DNA of 62,990 nt, counting the filler. It is 4 parts of 4 records of this genome, joined end to end, with 100 filler letters (N's around TTAATTAATTAA, not from the genome) between each part and the next. Parts side by side here need not be neighbours in the genome. Positions count along the whole stretch, not along the records: positions 14,689 to 33,307 come from DRR723986_4047; positions 33,408 to 42,403 come from DRR723986_4055; 2 more parts are not named here. One strand, written 5' to 3'. The translations under genes were made by a program, and so were the position numbers. Under the pieces are notes generated by a model, which had not been told where the DNA came from, searched no databases, and saw only the letters and a program-made list of their open reading frames with translations. This document shows positions 28,497 to 38,044 of this stretch, piece after piece. Each line of letters begins with the position of its first letter. Within the stretch, counting starts at the first letter, position 1.

Positions 28497-28895
28497 TCAG
28501 CCTACCGCACGTGCCACATCCGCCAAATGCTCAAAAGCATTGCGGTAGCGGTTAATGTGCACCAGATTGCCGCGGAAAACTATGCGGCCCTGAATCACCG
28601 CCTTGGCAGCCGGCAACTCACCCGAAATAAATACTTTCCAGTTAGACAGACTTGCACTGAAGCGCGTCACGGAACGATCCGTTTCCTCAACAACTTTGGC
28701 CGCGCCTTCACGGTCCCAATAAATGTACGCCGGGTCCGAGGCATGCTCAGTCACCTCAAAACGCACAACACCTAGCCCCGCAAGACTCTGCCGAAAATCG
28801 GCCTCGTTCCAAATTTTGACAAAAATTGCCCACCAGTCCTCGCTAAAAAACTGTACCGGACGCGCGTCGGCGCCCTTGTTCTCTACATTCTGCAT
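28497..28895 (-). CDS. SCP2 sterol/lipid-binding domain protein
   Basis: FFSEDW...WN, ASLSNWKVFISGEL.AAKAVIQGRIVFRGN pattern; probable ATG at 28895 after AGGAG (ORF extends to 28931). Confidence 0.7.
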   Translation of the reverse strand: MQNVENKGADARPVQFFSEDWWAIFVKIWNEADFRQSLAGLGVVRFEVTEHASDPAYIYWDREGAAKVVEETDRSVTRFSASLSNWKVFISGELPAAKAVIQGRIVFRGNLVHINRYRNAFEHLADVARAVG

Positions 28896-29546
28896 ATCAA
28901 ATAATCTCCTGTTTCCCTGTAGTTCAGGCATTTCTGGTCAGTGAAAAGCGCAGCGTACACTTTTCCAGTATGGCAGTGACCAACAAATGTACGAATTAGC
29001 ACCAAACCCGGCAGACTCCAATGCGCAAATTTGCGCAAGCAAACTCAACAGGTTCGCAGGATGAATGCAACCAAAAGTGCCTTGGTGGTATGTTCAGCGC
29101 AGGACTATAACACATGCGCGTGTATACAGTCAACAGTAAACAGCGGGCTGGAAACAGCTCGCACTCCCGGTTCTACGGTTCATGCCCATTATTTTTGTAG
29201 CATGATACAATTGGTGGAACTTACTAACGTTGCACGTTGTTTGGGGCGCGTTATGGGCGATTTACTTTGCGATTTTGCCCGTTTAGTGCCGATGCGAATT
29301 ACACGCTCGCGTCAAACGATTATGACAGACTTCGGCTACACACACTCTTAAGTCTACACACATTCCAGAATCACTCACTGGTATATCGACAGGTTTGCAA
29401 CTCCCAGGCTTTAAAGTCGGGCCGGCGAACATGTTTGCTGTAGCAACAGCTAAAACTTCCACACTTCGGCATATGCCGTGCTGTGGACCTCCCATAGTTG
29501 AATCTGAATATTTTGAATTTTCTCATATATCTGAAAGTCCTATTAC

Positions 29547-32249
29547 ATGAAGCAGCTTCTATTACTTGCAGTTTGTGCATCACTATTGGGCACGGCGCCA
29601 AAAGTTCACGCTCAGGCGGGTGTTGATGATCTTCTGAACAACCCGATCAACATCAATATGATCGGTAGTGCCAACGACGGTCTTGTTGACCCTATTGATC
29701 TCGATTTCAATCGGGACGAGGGACGTGAAAACGAACTGTGGGTATTGAACCAAGGCTACAACACGGGCGGAACTACCGTTACGTATTACAATCCAGGTAC
29801 CGCAGATCAGACTTCCGAGTTTATGCAAGATGGCAACGGCTGGCACTTCATGGCGCACGCTGCCGCACTCGCTTTTGGCGATAATGAGACCTGGGGAACA
29901 GCTCAGAACATCACAGACGCCAACCGCAGTAATCGCGACTTCATCTGGGCTGGCCCAAGTATGTGGTCCACTGACCTTGACATCCACGCTGTGGATCACG
30001 GTCGTAATGGTAGCCACCTGGATATGCTCCACATGTCTCCAGCCTCTTCCGGAATCGCTGCCGAAACCGGCAACGTCTTCTGGGTTTTTGATGGCGTATT
30101 TGGTGACGTCCTGCGCGTAGACTTCGCTGAGCCACATGAGCCAGGCGGAGACTTCCACGGTGACGGTCGTGTACGTCGGTACACAGAAGTGGACGTTGAA
30201 CACAATGGTGACATCCCTTGCCACATGGTAATGGACGATCAGCTTAAGTGGCTCTACGTTGTAGATGGCGGCAACCGCCGCATCGTGCGCGTAGACATCT
30301 CGACCGGTAGTGTTGCCGGATCGCTGCCACTGCTCAACCCTGAAACCCTCGCAGAATACACCGAAGTAACTGGTGTAAACTGGGAAGTATATATCGATTC
30401 CGATCTTGTCATGCCTAGCGGTATTGACTTCAAAGACGGTCGCCTCCTCGTTGGTGATAACGCCACTGGTGAAATTGTGTTCTTTGACGTCACTGGTGAA
30501 AGCCCAGTCGAAATGGGACGCATTCAAACCAACGCTGCCAACCTGATGGGTATCATCATCAGCCCGAACGACGACGTTTTCTTCGTTGACCACGATCGCG
30601 CTGAAGTTGGCCAAATCGCTCTTGCCGGCGACTTTGACCTCGCAATCGACCGCAACGTCATTGTGGTTCCAAATGCAAGCTCAACGGTTGCGTACACAAT
30701 CGAAAATACGTCTGGTGCCGACATGACCTTCAACGCTACGTTGACAGGCGCTGCGCCACGTACTCCAAGTGTTTGGGAAGTATCAGTTGCTGCAGGTACT
30801 GTAGCTGCCGGCGCCACCGAAACATTTGAAATGACTGTTGATCCAAGTGCCTTCATTGGTTTGGGTCAGTATCAGCTGAGCGTGACCGTAGATGGACAAG
30901 ACGCCATACCAGCCAAGTCCAAGCTCATCACTTTTGTCTCCGATGCAGTTGATCTGCTCGTGGTCAATGATGTCCTTAGCTCCAGCCGCGGTGATGCGTC
31001 GCTCGGCGTCTTGCTCTACACCATCGTCCGTCCGTCCACAATCGAAGTCAACAGCGCAATCGCTGTGGATATCATACCGGAACTCAGCAATCTCAAATCT
31101 GTCGTGTGGACCGCTGGTTCCTTCGGAACGATCTCCTCACTCGAAGCAGACATCATCGAAACTGCAATGCTCGATGGTGTTAATGTCATGTTCATGGCAG
31201 ATCTTCCATTGTTTGAAATTGCCGCAAACTCCGATTCAGAAGATGATCTTGCCGGTCCCGAGTTTCTGGGGGCCTTCGGCGCTGAGATGGGTGGACCAAT
31301 TCTATCCGGTCTCCAGCTCGGAACTGCATCACTCAGCGGTATCTCCGGCGATCCTATTTCCAACGCGCTCGGAAACTTTTCCGCACGTCTGACGGCTTTC
31401 AACAATGGTGGTCGTATGACCTCGATTCCGTCGCCAAGCCTGCGTCCAACCAACGAAAACACGCGCCCATTCATCCTGTATTCGCAAAGCCCTGACTCAG
31501 CTGTCGCTCTGCGTAGCATTGGTGAAAACTCACGCAGCGCCATCATCGGCATTCCAACAGTCAATTTCCCGGATCGCTCGATCCGCAACACTGTCCTGCG
31601 CGAAACTATCGCATGGATGGAAAGTGCTGACACAGATGGTACGCCGGCAATCTCCGTTTCCACAAACGGAATCAACTTTGGTGCAGTACCCGTTGGCGCA
31701 AATCGTGGACGTTCGGTTACAATTGAAAATACCGGCGATGGAATCCTCGATATCTACGGCCTCAACATTTCCGCTAATGCAGACGTTTTTGAGTTCGATG
31801 ACGAGATCGGCGTACCATTGTTCATCGCTCCAGGCGAAGATCTGGAACTGGAAATCACATTCCGCCCAACCAACACCAACCCCATCATTGAAGATCTAAC
31901 AATTGTTTCCAATGCAGGCGACGACATCAAAGTCACCCTCATGGGCAACGTCGTTTCTTCGGTTACTCCTGTTGATGGGCGCAGCGATGCACTTTCAATC
32001 GAAATCGGACCAAATCCTCTTTCGGCTGCCGGTACAATTCGCTACGAAGTTCGTGGAAGTGCCAAACAAGCTACGATTGAAATTGTAGACGCCAGCGGCC
32101 GCACAATTCAGCGCTTGCTGAATGGCACAATTACTCCAGGTGAGTATCAGCTTGAGCTCGATGCAAGCACCCTGGCCGACGGCAACTACTTCCTGATTTT
32201 GAGCACGGATACTGAGGCCGTCTTTACACGCCTCACGCGTATCCGCTGA
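29547..32249 (+). CDS. T9SS-type secreted multidomain protein with His/Asp-rich beta-propeller, ASH-like Ig domain and C-terminal sorting domain
   Basis: Signal peptide; NHL-like segments (PIDLDF, PSGIDF); INFGAV..IENTGDG.L; GPNP...LADGNYFL. Confidence 0.82.
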   Translation: MKQLLLLAVCASLLGTAPKVHAQAGVDDLLNNPININMIGSANDGLVDPIDLDFNRDEGRENELWVLNQGYNTGGTTVTYYNPGTADQTSEFMQDGNGWHFMAHAAALAFGDNETWGTAQNITDANRSNRDFIWAGPSMWSTDLDIHAVDHGRNGSHLDMLHMSPASSGIAAETGNVFWVFDGVFGDVLRVDFAEPHEPGGDFHGDGRVRRYTEVDVEHNGDIPCHMVMDDQLKWLYVVDGGNRRIVRVDISTGSVAGSLPLLNPETLAEYTEVTGVNWEVYIDSDLVMPSGIDFKDGRLLVGDNATGEIVFFDVTGESPVEMGRIQTNAANLMGIIISPNDDVFFVDHDRAEVGQIALAGDFDLAIDRNVIVVPNASSTVAYTIENTSGADMTFNATLTGAAPRTPSVWEVSVAAGTVAAGATETFEMTVDPSAFIGLGQYQLSVTVDGQDAIPAKSKLITFVSDAVDLLVVNDVLSSSRGDASLGVLLYTIVRPSTIEVNSAIAVDIIPELSNLKSVVWTAGSFGTISSLEADIIETAMLDGVNVMFMADLPLFEIAANSDSEDDLAGPEFLGAFGAEMGGPILSGLQLGTASLSGISGDPISNALGNFSARLTAFNNGGRMTSIPSPSLRPTNENTRPFILYSQSPDSAVALRSIGENSRSAIIGIPTVNFPDRSIRNTVLRETIAWMESADTDGTPAISVSTNGINFGAVPVGANRGRSVTIENTGDGILDIYGLNISANADVFEFDDEIGVPLFIAPGEDLELEITFRPTNTNPIIEDLTIVSNAGDDIKVTLMGNVVSSVTPVDGRSDALSIEIGPNPLSAAGTIRYEVRGSAKQATIEIVDASGRTIQRLLNGTITPGEYQLELDASTLADGNYFLILSTDTEAVFTRLTRIR

Positions 32250-32273
32250 TCATAGAAATTATCGTATACACAC

Positions 32274-32309
32274 AATGCGTCGGGTTTTCGGATCCGACGC
32301 ATTTTTTTT
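32274..32309 (+). terminator. Rho-independent terminator
   Basis: AATGCGTCGGGTT-TTCG-GATCCGACGCATT stem followed by a T-run, 24 nt after the stop. Confidence 0.88.
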
Positions 32310-32533
32310 GCCTTTTCCCAAACATCGCGGCCGGAATCTTTAAAGTTGGGCAGGCTCACTACGTGGCTGCCTCTTGATTTTTATGTTCTGCACTGTGCCC
32401 CAATCCACCGGCCGTTGGGTATTTCGCACAGATTCGGTCACCGAGTCAAAGACTGCGCAGATGTCACTCTCAGGAATTCCAGCCGGGCACTGTGTTCTCT
32501 ATCGGAGCAGTTTTGTCTACTTCAGTCTGCTTC

Positions 32534-32971
32534 TCAACGCATGCCGCTATCATATTCAGCAGCGGACAGATCAAGGGCTTGACCGTTCAGGTGGTAGGCT
32601 TCAGTGATCCAGAACTGTGGCGCACTATTTTCACAGCCTGCCAATGCTTCCTTGCTTATATAACCGGTTAACCGATATTTCTTCGTGTTGTAGGCTGTAG
32701 TTGTTTGCCCACTTTGGTCAAAAAAACACAAAGCCAAAATATCTGGGCCATGCAGAATTAGCGGGTCAATATCTTGGCCCAACAAGAAAATCACACTGCT
32801 ATCCTCAACCGCTTCAACGCGCATATCATCATTCCAGTCTCCACAGGCGTATTGCATATATCTCGCCTCAATGGTTACCGGTGTCGTGTTTAGCGGGTCA
32901 AATGAGTTACCACATGCGCATGTGGCTACAAGCAACACAAATGATAGAATAATGGTCTGTTGATGCAGCAT
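32534..32971 (-). CDS. Hypothetical putative lipoprotein
   Basis: Hydrophobic N-terminus ending in LLVATCACG (lipobox-like); start uncertain (32971 or 32986). Confidence 0.6.
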   Translation of the reverse strand: MLHQQTIILSFVLLVATCACGNSFDPLNTTPVTIEARYMQYACGDWNDDMRVEAVEDSSVIFLLGQDIDPLILHGPDILALCFFDQSGQTTTAYNTKKYRLTGYISKEALAGCENSAPQFWITEAYHLNGQALDLSAAEYDSGMR

Positions 32972-33246
32972 ACTCCTGAATCCCAATATTTAGTGCAGCG
33001 CAATCTTTGGGTCTTGACTACCGGAGACAAAGTATGGCACGAAGCATTGCATATCTGCATGGGATTCAATGGAACTCGCCCGATCGGGCCGATGTGATTT
33101 CACCAGGCATCTGGCGATGAGCTTGGAAATCACAACCACACGATCCGGGTAAAAAGTACAGGGTTATGCCCCAGTGAAGAGGCTGGGTAGAGCTTGCATA
33201 TTTACACACGCAATTGTCGATTGGGTGAACTGCGGCAGATTTTGCT

Positions 33247-33307
33247 GACGTTTTGTCGGATGTCCTACAAAACGCCCCCTACACGCTGTTAGCCCTAAGG
33301 GCTAACA
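33247..33307 (-). repeat. REP-like palindromic elements at contig end
   Basis: Minus strand GTAG-GGGGCGTTTTGTAGGA-CA-TCCGACAAAACGTC, plus the adjacent inverted repeat TGTTAGCCCT-A-AGGGCTAACA (33287-33307) where the contig breaks. Confidence 0.5.
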
Positions 33308-33407
33308 NNNNNNNNNNNNNNNNNNNNNNNNNNNNNNNNNNNNNNNNNNNNTTAATTAATTAANNNNNNNNNNNNNNNNNNNNNNNNNNNNNNNNNNNNN
33401 NNNNNNN
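33308..33407. other. Artificial contig-joining linker
   Basis: 100 nt of N around TTAATTAATTAA. Confidence 0.97.
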
Positions 33408-33408
33408 C

Positions 33409-34815
33409 GGCTTCATCGTGACCGAGGGGCGGCTGGATGAACTGGTGCCTATTGAGAACGCCACGATGGAGGACCGCACCGTCATCTGCTGGGACAAGGA
33501 CGATATCGACGCGCTTGGCATCCTCAAGGTCGATGTCCTGGCGCTTGGCATGCTGACCTGCATCCGCAAGGCGTTTGACCTGATCCAAGCCCACCATCAG
33601 ACCGATTACAGCCTCGCCACCCTGCCGCCAGAGGACCCGGCGGTCTATGACATGCTGTGCAAGGCGGACTCGCTTGGCGTCTTCCAGGTGGAAAGCCGTG
33701 CGCAGATGAATTTCCTGCCCCGGATGCGGCCGCGCTGTTTCTATGACCTTGTCATTCAGGTCGCCATCATCCGCCCCGGCCCCATTCAGGGCGACATGGT
33801 GCATCCGTTCATCCGGCGCCGGAACGGCGAGGAACAGGTCAGCTTCCCCTCCGATGAACTGGGCGCGGTTCTGGGCAAGACGCTTGGCGTGCCGCTGTTT
33901 CAGGAACAGGCGATGCAGATCGCCATTATCGGCGCAGGCTTCACCCCCGATCAGGCAGACAGGTTGCGGCGGTCTCTGGCGACGTTCAAAAAGCATGGCA
34001 ACGTCAGCGAGTTTCGCGGGTTGTTCATGAAGGGCATGCGCGAGCGGGGCTATGACGAGGATTTCGCGGCGCGCTGCTTTTCCCAGATCGAGGGGTTCGG
34101 CAGTTACGGCTTCCCCGAAAGCCACGCCGCCAGCTTTGCGCTGCTGGTTTATGCCTCTAGCTGGATCAAGCGCCACCACCCCGGCATTTTCGCCTGCGCG
34201 TTGCTGAATTCGCAGCCTATGGGGTTCTACGCCCCGGCCCAGATCGTCCGGGATGCCCGCGAACATGGGGTGCAGATCCGACCCGTCGATATCAACAAAA
34301 GCTATTGGGACAATGTGATGGAACCCGACGGGCGCGGCGGGCTGGCGCTGCGGCTCGGGTTTCGGCAGATCCGGTCGATGCGCGAGGAAGACGCCCGCTG
34401 GCTGGTTGTGGCGCGCGGCAATGGATACCCGGCGGTCGAGGATGTGTGGCGGCGCGCCGGCCTGCCCGCCCGCGCGCTGGCAGTGCTGGCCGAGGCCGAC
34501 GCCTTTGCCGGGATCGGCCTGTCGCGGCGCGACGCACTGTGGGCCGCCAAGGCGCTGTTGCCTGCGGAACCCCTGCCGCTTTTCACCGGCGACATGGACG
34601 GCGAGGCGATCAACGAACCAGAGGTCACGCTGCCCGAAATGACCGAAGGCGAACAGGTGGTGGAGGATTACGTGTCCATGCGCCTGACCCTGCGCAGCCA
34701 CCCGGTGGCGCTGATCCGGCATCTGCTGTCGCCGGGGTTGGATCTGAAAGGGATAGGCACGACGGCGCGGGCTGTGCCAGACTTGCTGCGCAAACACAAA
34801 GGGGTCGCGCCATGA
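33409..34815 (+). CDS. dnaE2: Error-prone DNA polymerase DnaE2 (ImuC), 5'-truncated by the contig start
   Basis: WDKDD, LKVDVLALGML, GVFQVESRAQM, RPGPIQG, YGFPESHAASF and LLNSQPMGFY motifs. Confidence 0.93.
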   Translation, partial: GFIVTEGRLDELVPIENATMEDRTVICWDKDDIDALGILKVDVLALGMLTCIRKAFDLIQAHHQTDYSLATLPPEDPAVYDMLCKADSLGVFQVESRAQMNFLPRMRPRCFYDLVIQVAIIRPGPIQGDMVHPFIRRRNGEEQVSFPSDELGAVLGKTLGVPLFQEQAMQIAIIGAGFTPDQADRLRRSLATFKKHGNVSEFRGLFMKGMRERGYDEDFAARCFSQIEGFGSYGFPESHAASFALLVYASSWIKRHHPGIFACALLNSQPMGFYAPAQIVRDAREHGVQIRPVDINKSYWDNVMEPDGRGGLALRLGFRQIRSMREEDARWLVVARGNGYPAVEDVWRRAGLPARALAVLAEADAFAGIGLSRRDALWAAKALLPAEPLPLFTGDMDGEAINEPEVTLPEMTEGEQVVEDYVSMRLTLRSHPVALIRHLLSPGLDLKGIGTTARAVPDLLRKHKGVAP

Positions 34816-35177
34816 TGATCAACCATCTCTATGCCGATGCAGATGGCGAGAGCCATTGGCGCGATATCGCGGTCACGCTGACCGAACGCAGCTTTGCCCC
34901 GCCCGCGCAGGACATCCACATCTCGGACGGAACGCCCGCCACAGCCATGGTCTTCCTGCGGCTGAACGCCGGTTGGGACGAACCCATTCACCCGACACCG
35001 AAACCGCAGACGCTGATCTGTCTGGCAGGGGCCGTGCGTGTGACCGCCAGTGACGGCGAAGCGCGGGTCATCGGGCAAGGCGATATCTGGCGAATGGAGG
35101 ATACCCACGGCAAGGGCCACCATACGGCCGTGATCGGGGACGATCCGTTCGAGGCCGCTGTGGTGCAGTTCGACTGA
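34812..35177 (+). CDS. Cupin-domain protein
   Basis: LYADADGESH, HPTP..Q, SDGE.R, EDTHGKGH; ATG 34812 overlaps the dnaE2 stop (ATGA). Confidence 0.8.
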   Translation: MMINHLYADADGESHWRDIAVTLTERSFAPPAQDIHISDGTPATAMVFLRLNAGWDEPIHPTPKPQTLICLAGAVRVTASDGEARVIGQGDIWRMEDTHGKGHHTAVIGDDPFEAAVVQFD

Positions 35178-35180
35178 CGG

Positions 35181-36017
35181 TCAGCCCGGCAACACGGGGC
35201 CGAACTGGTCGCGAAACGCGATCAGGTTGGGATCATCGCCCTGGCCCGGAACCGCGAAGTGAACATGTCGAAAGCATCCGTTGAAGGGACCACAGAGCGC
35301 CCTGGCAAACAGACCGGCCACGTCCTGGGGTGCGTTCCCGAACACGCCGCACCCCCAGGCCCCTAACACAAGCGCATCATGATCCTGCGCATGCGCGACT
35401 GCCAAAATCCTCTGTACCCTGCGGGCAAGGGATCTGGCCACATCGCCCTGCAACCTGTCGGCAAGCCCCTGATCGGCCAGGGCGGAGATGTTCGGAGCCG
35501 GGGCGGAGATGACGGACAAGGGCAAAGGATCAGGGCGCAATGACCCACGGTCATCACGGATGAGCCGGACAGAGGGAGAGTAGATCAGCGCATCGGAATA
35601 GATCGCGTTCGGCCAAGCTTTGTTCGCCGCATAAAAGACCACCTGCGCGGCAAGGGCAGGATACAAAGTGGTGGCCCGGCACAGCGCCTCTTCCTGCGCA
35701 TTGCCGCCGCGAAGATAACCGCCACCAGGGCTGCGGGCCGACGCGAAATTGAGCACGCAGATGGAGGATGCCCCTTTGGCAAAGACGCGCTCTACGCCCG
35801 CAAGGGTGGTCTCGGCTGCCAAGGACAACCAGGGGCTGACGGCGGTATGCCGTTCAGCCATAGCCATGGGCGCATCCACCACATGGGTGCCGGCCATCAT
35901 CGCAGTCATGTCATGCGCAATATCGACGATTGTCCCGTCAGAAGCTTCGTAAAGGCCAAGGTCGAAGATTTCCTGATTTTCCTCGGCAAGTGTTCGGAAG
36001 CCATCTCTCGATGCCAT
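35181..36017 (-). CDS. Bacterial-type poly(ADP-ribose) glycohydrolase (TIGR02452/DUF2263 macrodomain)
   Basis: LNFASARSPGGGYLRGGNAQEEALCR (GGG-x6-8-QEE signature) and LVLGAWGCGVF. Confidence 0.88.
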   Translation of the reverse strand: MASRDGFRTLAEENQEIFDLGLYEASDGTIVDIAHDMTAMMAGTHVVDAPMAMAERHTAVSPWLSLAAETTLAGVERVFAKGASSICVLNFASARSPGGGYLRGGNAQEEALCRATTLYPALAAQVVFYAANKAWPNAIYSDALIYSPSVRLIRDDRGSLRPDPLPLSVISAPAPNISALADQGLADRLQGDVARSLARRVQRILAVAHAQDHDALVLGAWGCGVFGNAPQDVAGLFARALCGPFNGCFRHVHFAVPGQGDDPNLIAFRDQFGPVLPG

Positions 36018-36019
36018 GG

Positions 36020-37009
36020 CTAGAGCCCGTACTTATCCCGGCTCTGGCCGACCATCTTCATCACGCGGACCAGCTCAAAACTGATGCCGGGTTCCGACAG
36101 CGCATGCCCCGCCGCGCGGACCATGTGCAACCGGCCCGACCGCCAGCCGCGCGACAATTCGAAGGCGGATCGGGGCGGGCAGATCATGTCATAGCGGCCC
36201 TGAACGATCACACCGGGGATATGGGCGATCTTGTGCAGGTCGCGCAGGATCTGGCCATCTTCCTGCAAAAAGCCCTTGTTGACGAAATAATGGTTCTCCA
36301 GCCGGGCGAAGGCGCGGGCGTAATCCGCAGGGGCCTCTCCGGGGTTGCCGTCGCTTTCCACCGAGGCCAGCGCGTTCTCCCAGGCCGACCAGGCGCGGGC
36401 ATGGCGGGTTTCGACCATCAGGTCACCGGAAAACAGCCGCCGGTTATAGGCCGCGATCATGTCGCCGCGTTCACTCTCGGGGATCAGGGCAGAAAACCGC
36501 GCCCATTGCTCCGGCCAGAACTGCCCCGCTCCGCCGCCGTAGAACCAGTCCAGTTCGCGCTGCGTCGACAGGAAGACCCCGCGCAGGGCAAGGAAGGCCG
36601 CCGCCTCTGGATGGGTTTCGGCATAAACCAGGGCCAGCGTCGCGCCCCAGCTTCCGCCAAAGACGGCCCATCTGTCGATGCCAAGCGTTGTGCGAATGCG
36701 CTCGATATCCCCCACCAGATGCCAGGTTGTGTTGTCTTGGGTCGAGGCATGGGGACGCGACCGGCCACAGCCGCGTTGATCGAACAGGATGACGCGAAAC
36801 ACCTCGGGGTCGAAATAGCGGCGCATCGCGGGGCTGCACCCGCCACCGGGACCGCCATGCAGAACCACAACGGGTGCGCCCTCGGGATTGCCGCATTGTT
36901 CAACATAGATCTGGTGGCCGTCGCCCACATCCAGCATCCGCTGATCGAACGGGTCGATCGGCGGGTAGAGATAGGCGCCTGCGCGCTTTTGGCCGGAGAA
37001 TTTGTCCAT
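36020..37009 (-). CDS. pip: Proline iminopeptidase
   Basis: HGGPGGG, FDQRGCGRS, GGSWG nucleophile, QGRYD and AGH motifs. Confidence 0.95.
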   Translation of the reverse strand: MDKFSGQKRAGAYLYPPIDPFDQRMLDVGDGHQIYVEQCGNPEGAPVVVLHGGPGGGCSPAMRRYFDPEVFRVILFDQRGCGRSRPHASTQDNTTWHLVGDIERIRTTLGIDRWAVFGGSWGATLALVYAETHPEAAAFLALRGVFLSTQRELDWFYGGGAGQFWPEQWARFSALIPESERGDMIAAYNRRLFSGDLMVETRHARAWSAWENALASVESDGNPGEAPADYARAFARLENHYFVNKGFLQEDGQILRDLHKIAHIPGVIVQGRYDMICPPRSAFELSRGWRSGRLHMVRAAGHALSEPGISFELVRVMKMVGQSRDKYGL

Positions 37010-37081
37010 GCCTTCCCTATATAGACCGGTGTGGCGGGTCTGCTATGTCTGCCACGATGCCAAGATCGGAAGGGGATGTCC

Positions 37082-37825
37082 ATGAACAGCGCGGCCAATA
37101 CCGTCGATGACGCCGAAATCGCCAAGTTCGAGGCCATGGCGGCGGAATGGTGGGATCCCAAGGGCAAGTTCGCCCCCCTGCACATGATGAACCCGATCCG
37201 GCTGGACTATATCACCACACAGATCGCCGCCGAATTCGGCCGTGACCTGCGCGATGAAAAGCCGTTTTTTGGGTTGCGCCTGCTGGATATCGGCTGTGGT
37301 GGCGGGCTGTTGTCGGAACCGATGACACGACTTGGCGCAACCGTAGTGGGTGCCGATGCAGCCGAGCGGAACATCCCCGTCGCGCGCCTTCACGCGGAAC
37401 AATCGGGGCTGGAGATCGACTATCGCCACACCACAGCCGAGGCGCTGGCCGCGGCGGGCGAACAGTTCGACGTGGTCCTGAACATGGAAGTGGTCGAACA
37501 TGTCGCCGACCCGCAGGCCTACCTGACCGCCTGTCAGCAATTGCTGAAACCGGGCGGGCTGATGATCTGTTCGACGATCAACCGGAACCCTAAAAGCTTT
37601 GCCCTTGCCATCGTCGGGGCGGAATACGTGATGCGCTGGCTGCCCAAGGGCACGCATGAATGGCACAAGTTCATCACGCCCGACGAGCTGTTTGCCCTGA
37701 TCGAAACGGCGGGGCTGGACCCGGTGGACCGCAAGGGCTTCGTCTTCAACCCCGTAAGCTGGCGCTGGTCCATCTCGGACCGCGACCTAAGCGTGAACTA
37801 CGTGACCGCAAGCGTGAAGCGCTGA
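37082..37825 (+). CDS. ubiG: Ubiquinone biosynthesis O-methyltransferase
   Basis: [31 protein letters not shown] and LPKGTH motifs. Confidence 0.95.
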   Translation: MNSAANTVDDAEIAKFEAMAAEWWDPKGKFAPLHMMNPIRLDYITTQIAAEFGRDLRDEKPFFGLRLLDIGCGGGLLSEPMTRLGATVVGADAAERNIPVARLHAEQSGLEIDYRHTTAEALAAAGEQFDVVLNMEVVEHVADPQAYLTACQQLLKPGGLMICSTINRNPKSFALAIVGAEYVMRWLPKGTHEWHKFITPDELFALIETAGLDPVDRKGFVFNPVSWRWSISDRDLSVNYVTASVKR

Positions 37826-38044
37826 CGTCGCATAGAGGCCGGTTCCAACCGCCGGCGAAGTCACCAAAGCAAGCAGTTTGGGGCGACAAGAGCTGGAATA
37901 GGCAGTAGCATCAGAGCAGACATGACGCTCTGCTTGCCGCGATGCCTGACCTGTTGCAGAGTTTTGAACAGGGGATGCACGTCTTATCGCGGGATCTGGT
38001 GCAAGACCGATCATCCCGGCGCCATGCTATGCGAGGAGTGTGCC

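Noticed and set aside
33287-33307. Integron attC site (GTTAG / CTAAC cores), also considered for 14689 and 20344
   Set aside because: No paired R''/R' boxes at attC spacing, no cassette array and no integrase seen.
33352-34797. 481-aa minus-strand ORF
   Set aside because: Antisense to dnaE2 and runs into the N linker.
34305-34811. N-terminal extension of the 290-aa ORF 34305-35177
   Set aside because: Overlaps dnaE2 out of frame; the cupin starts at ATG 34812.
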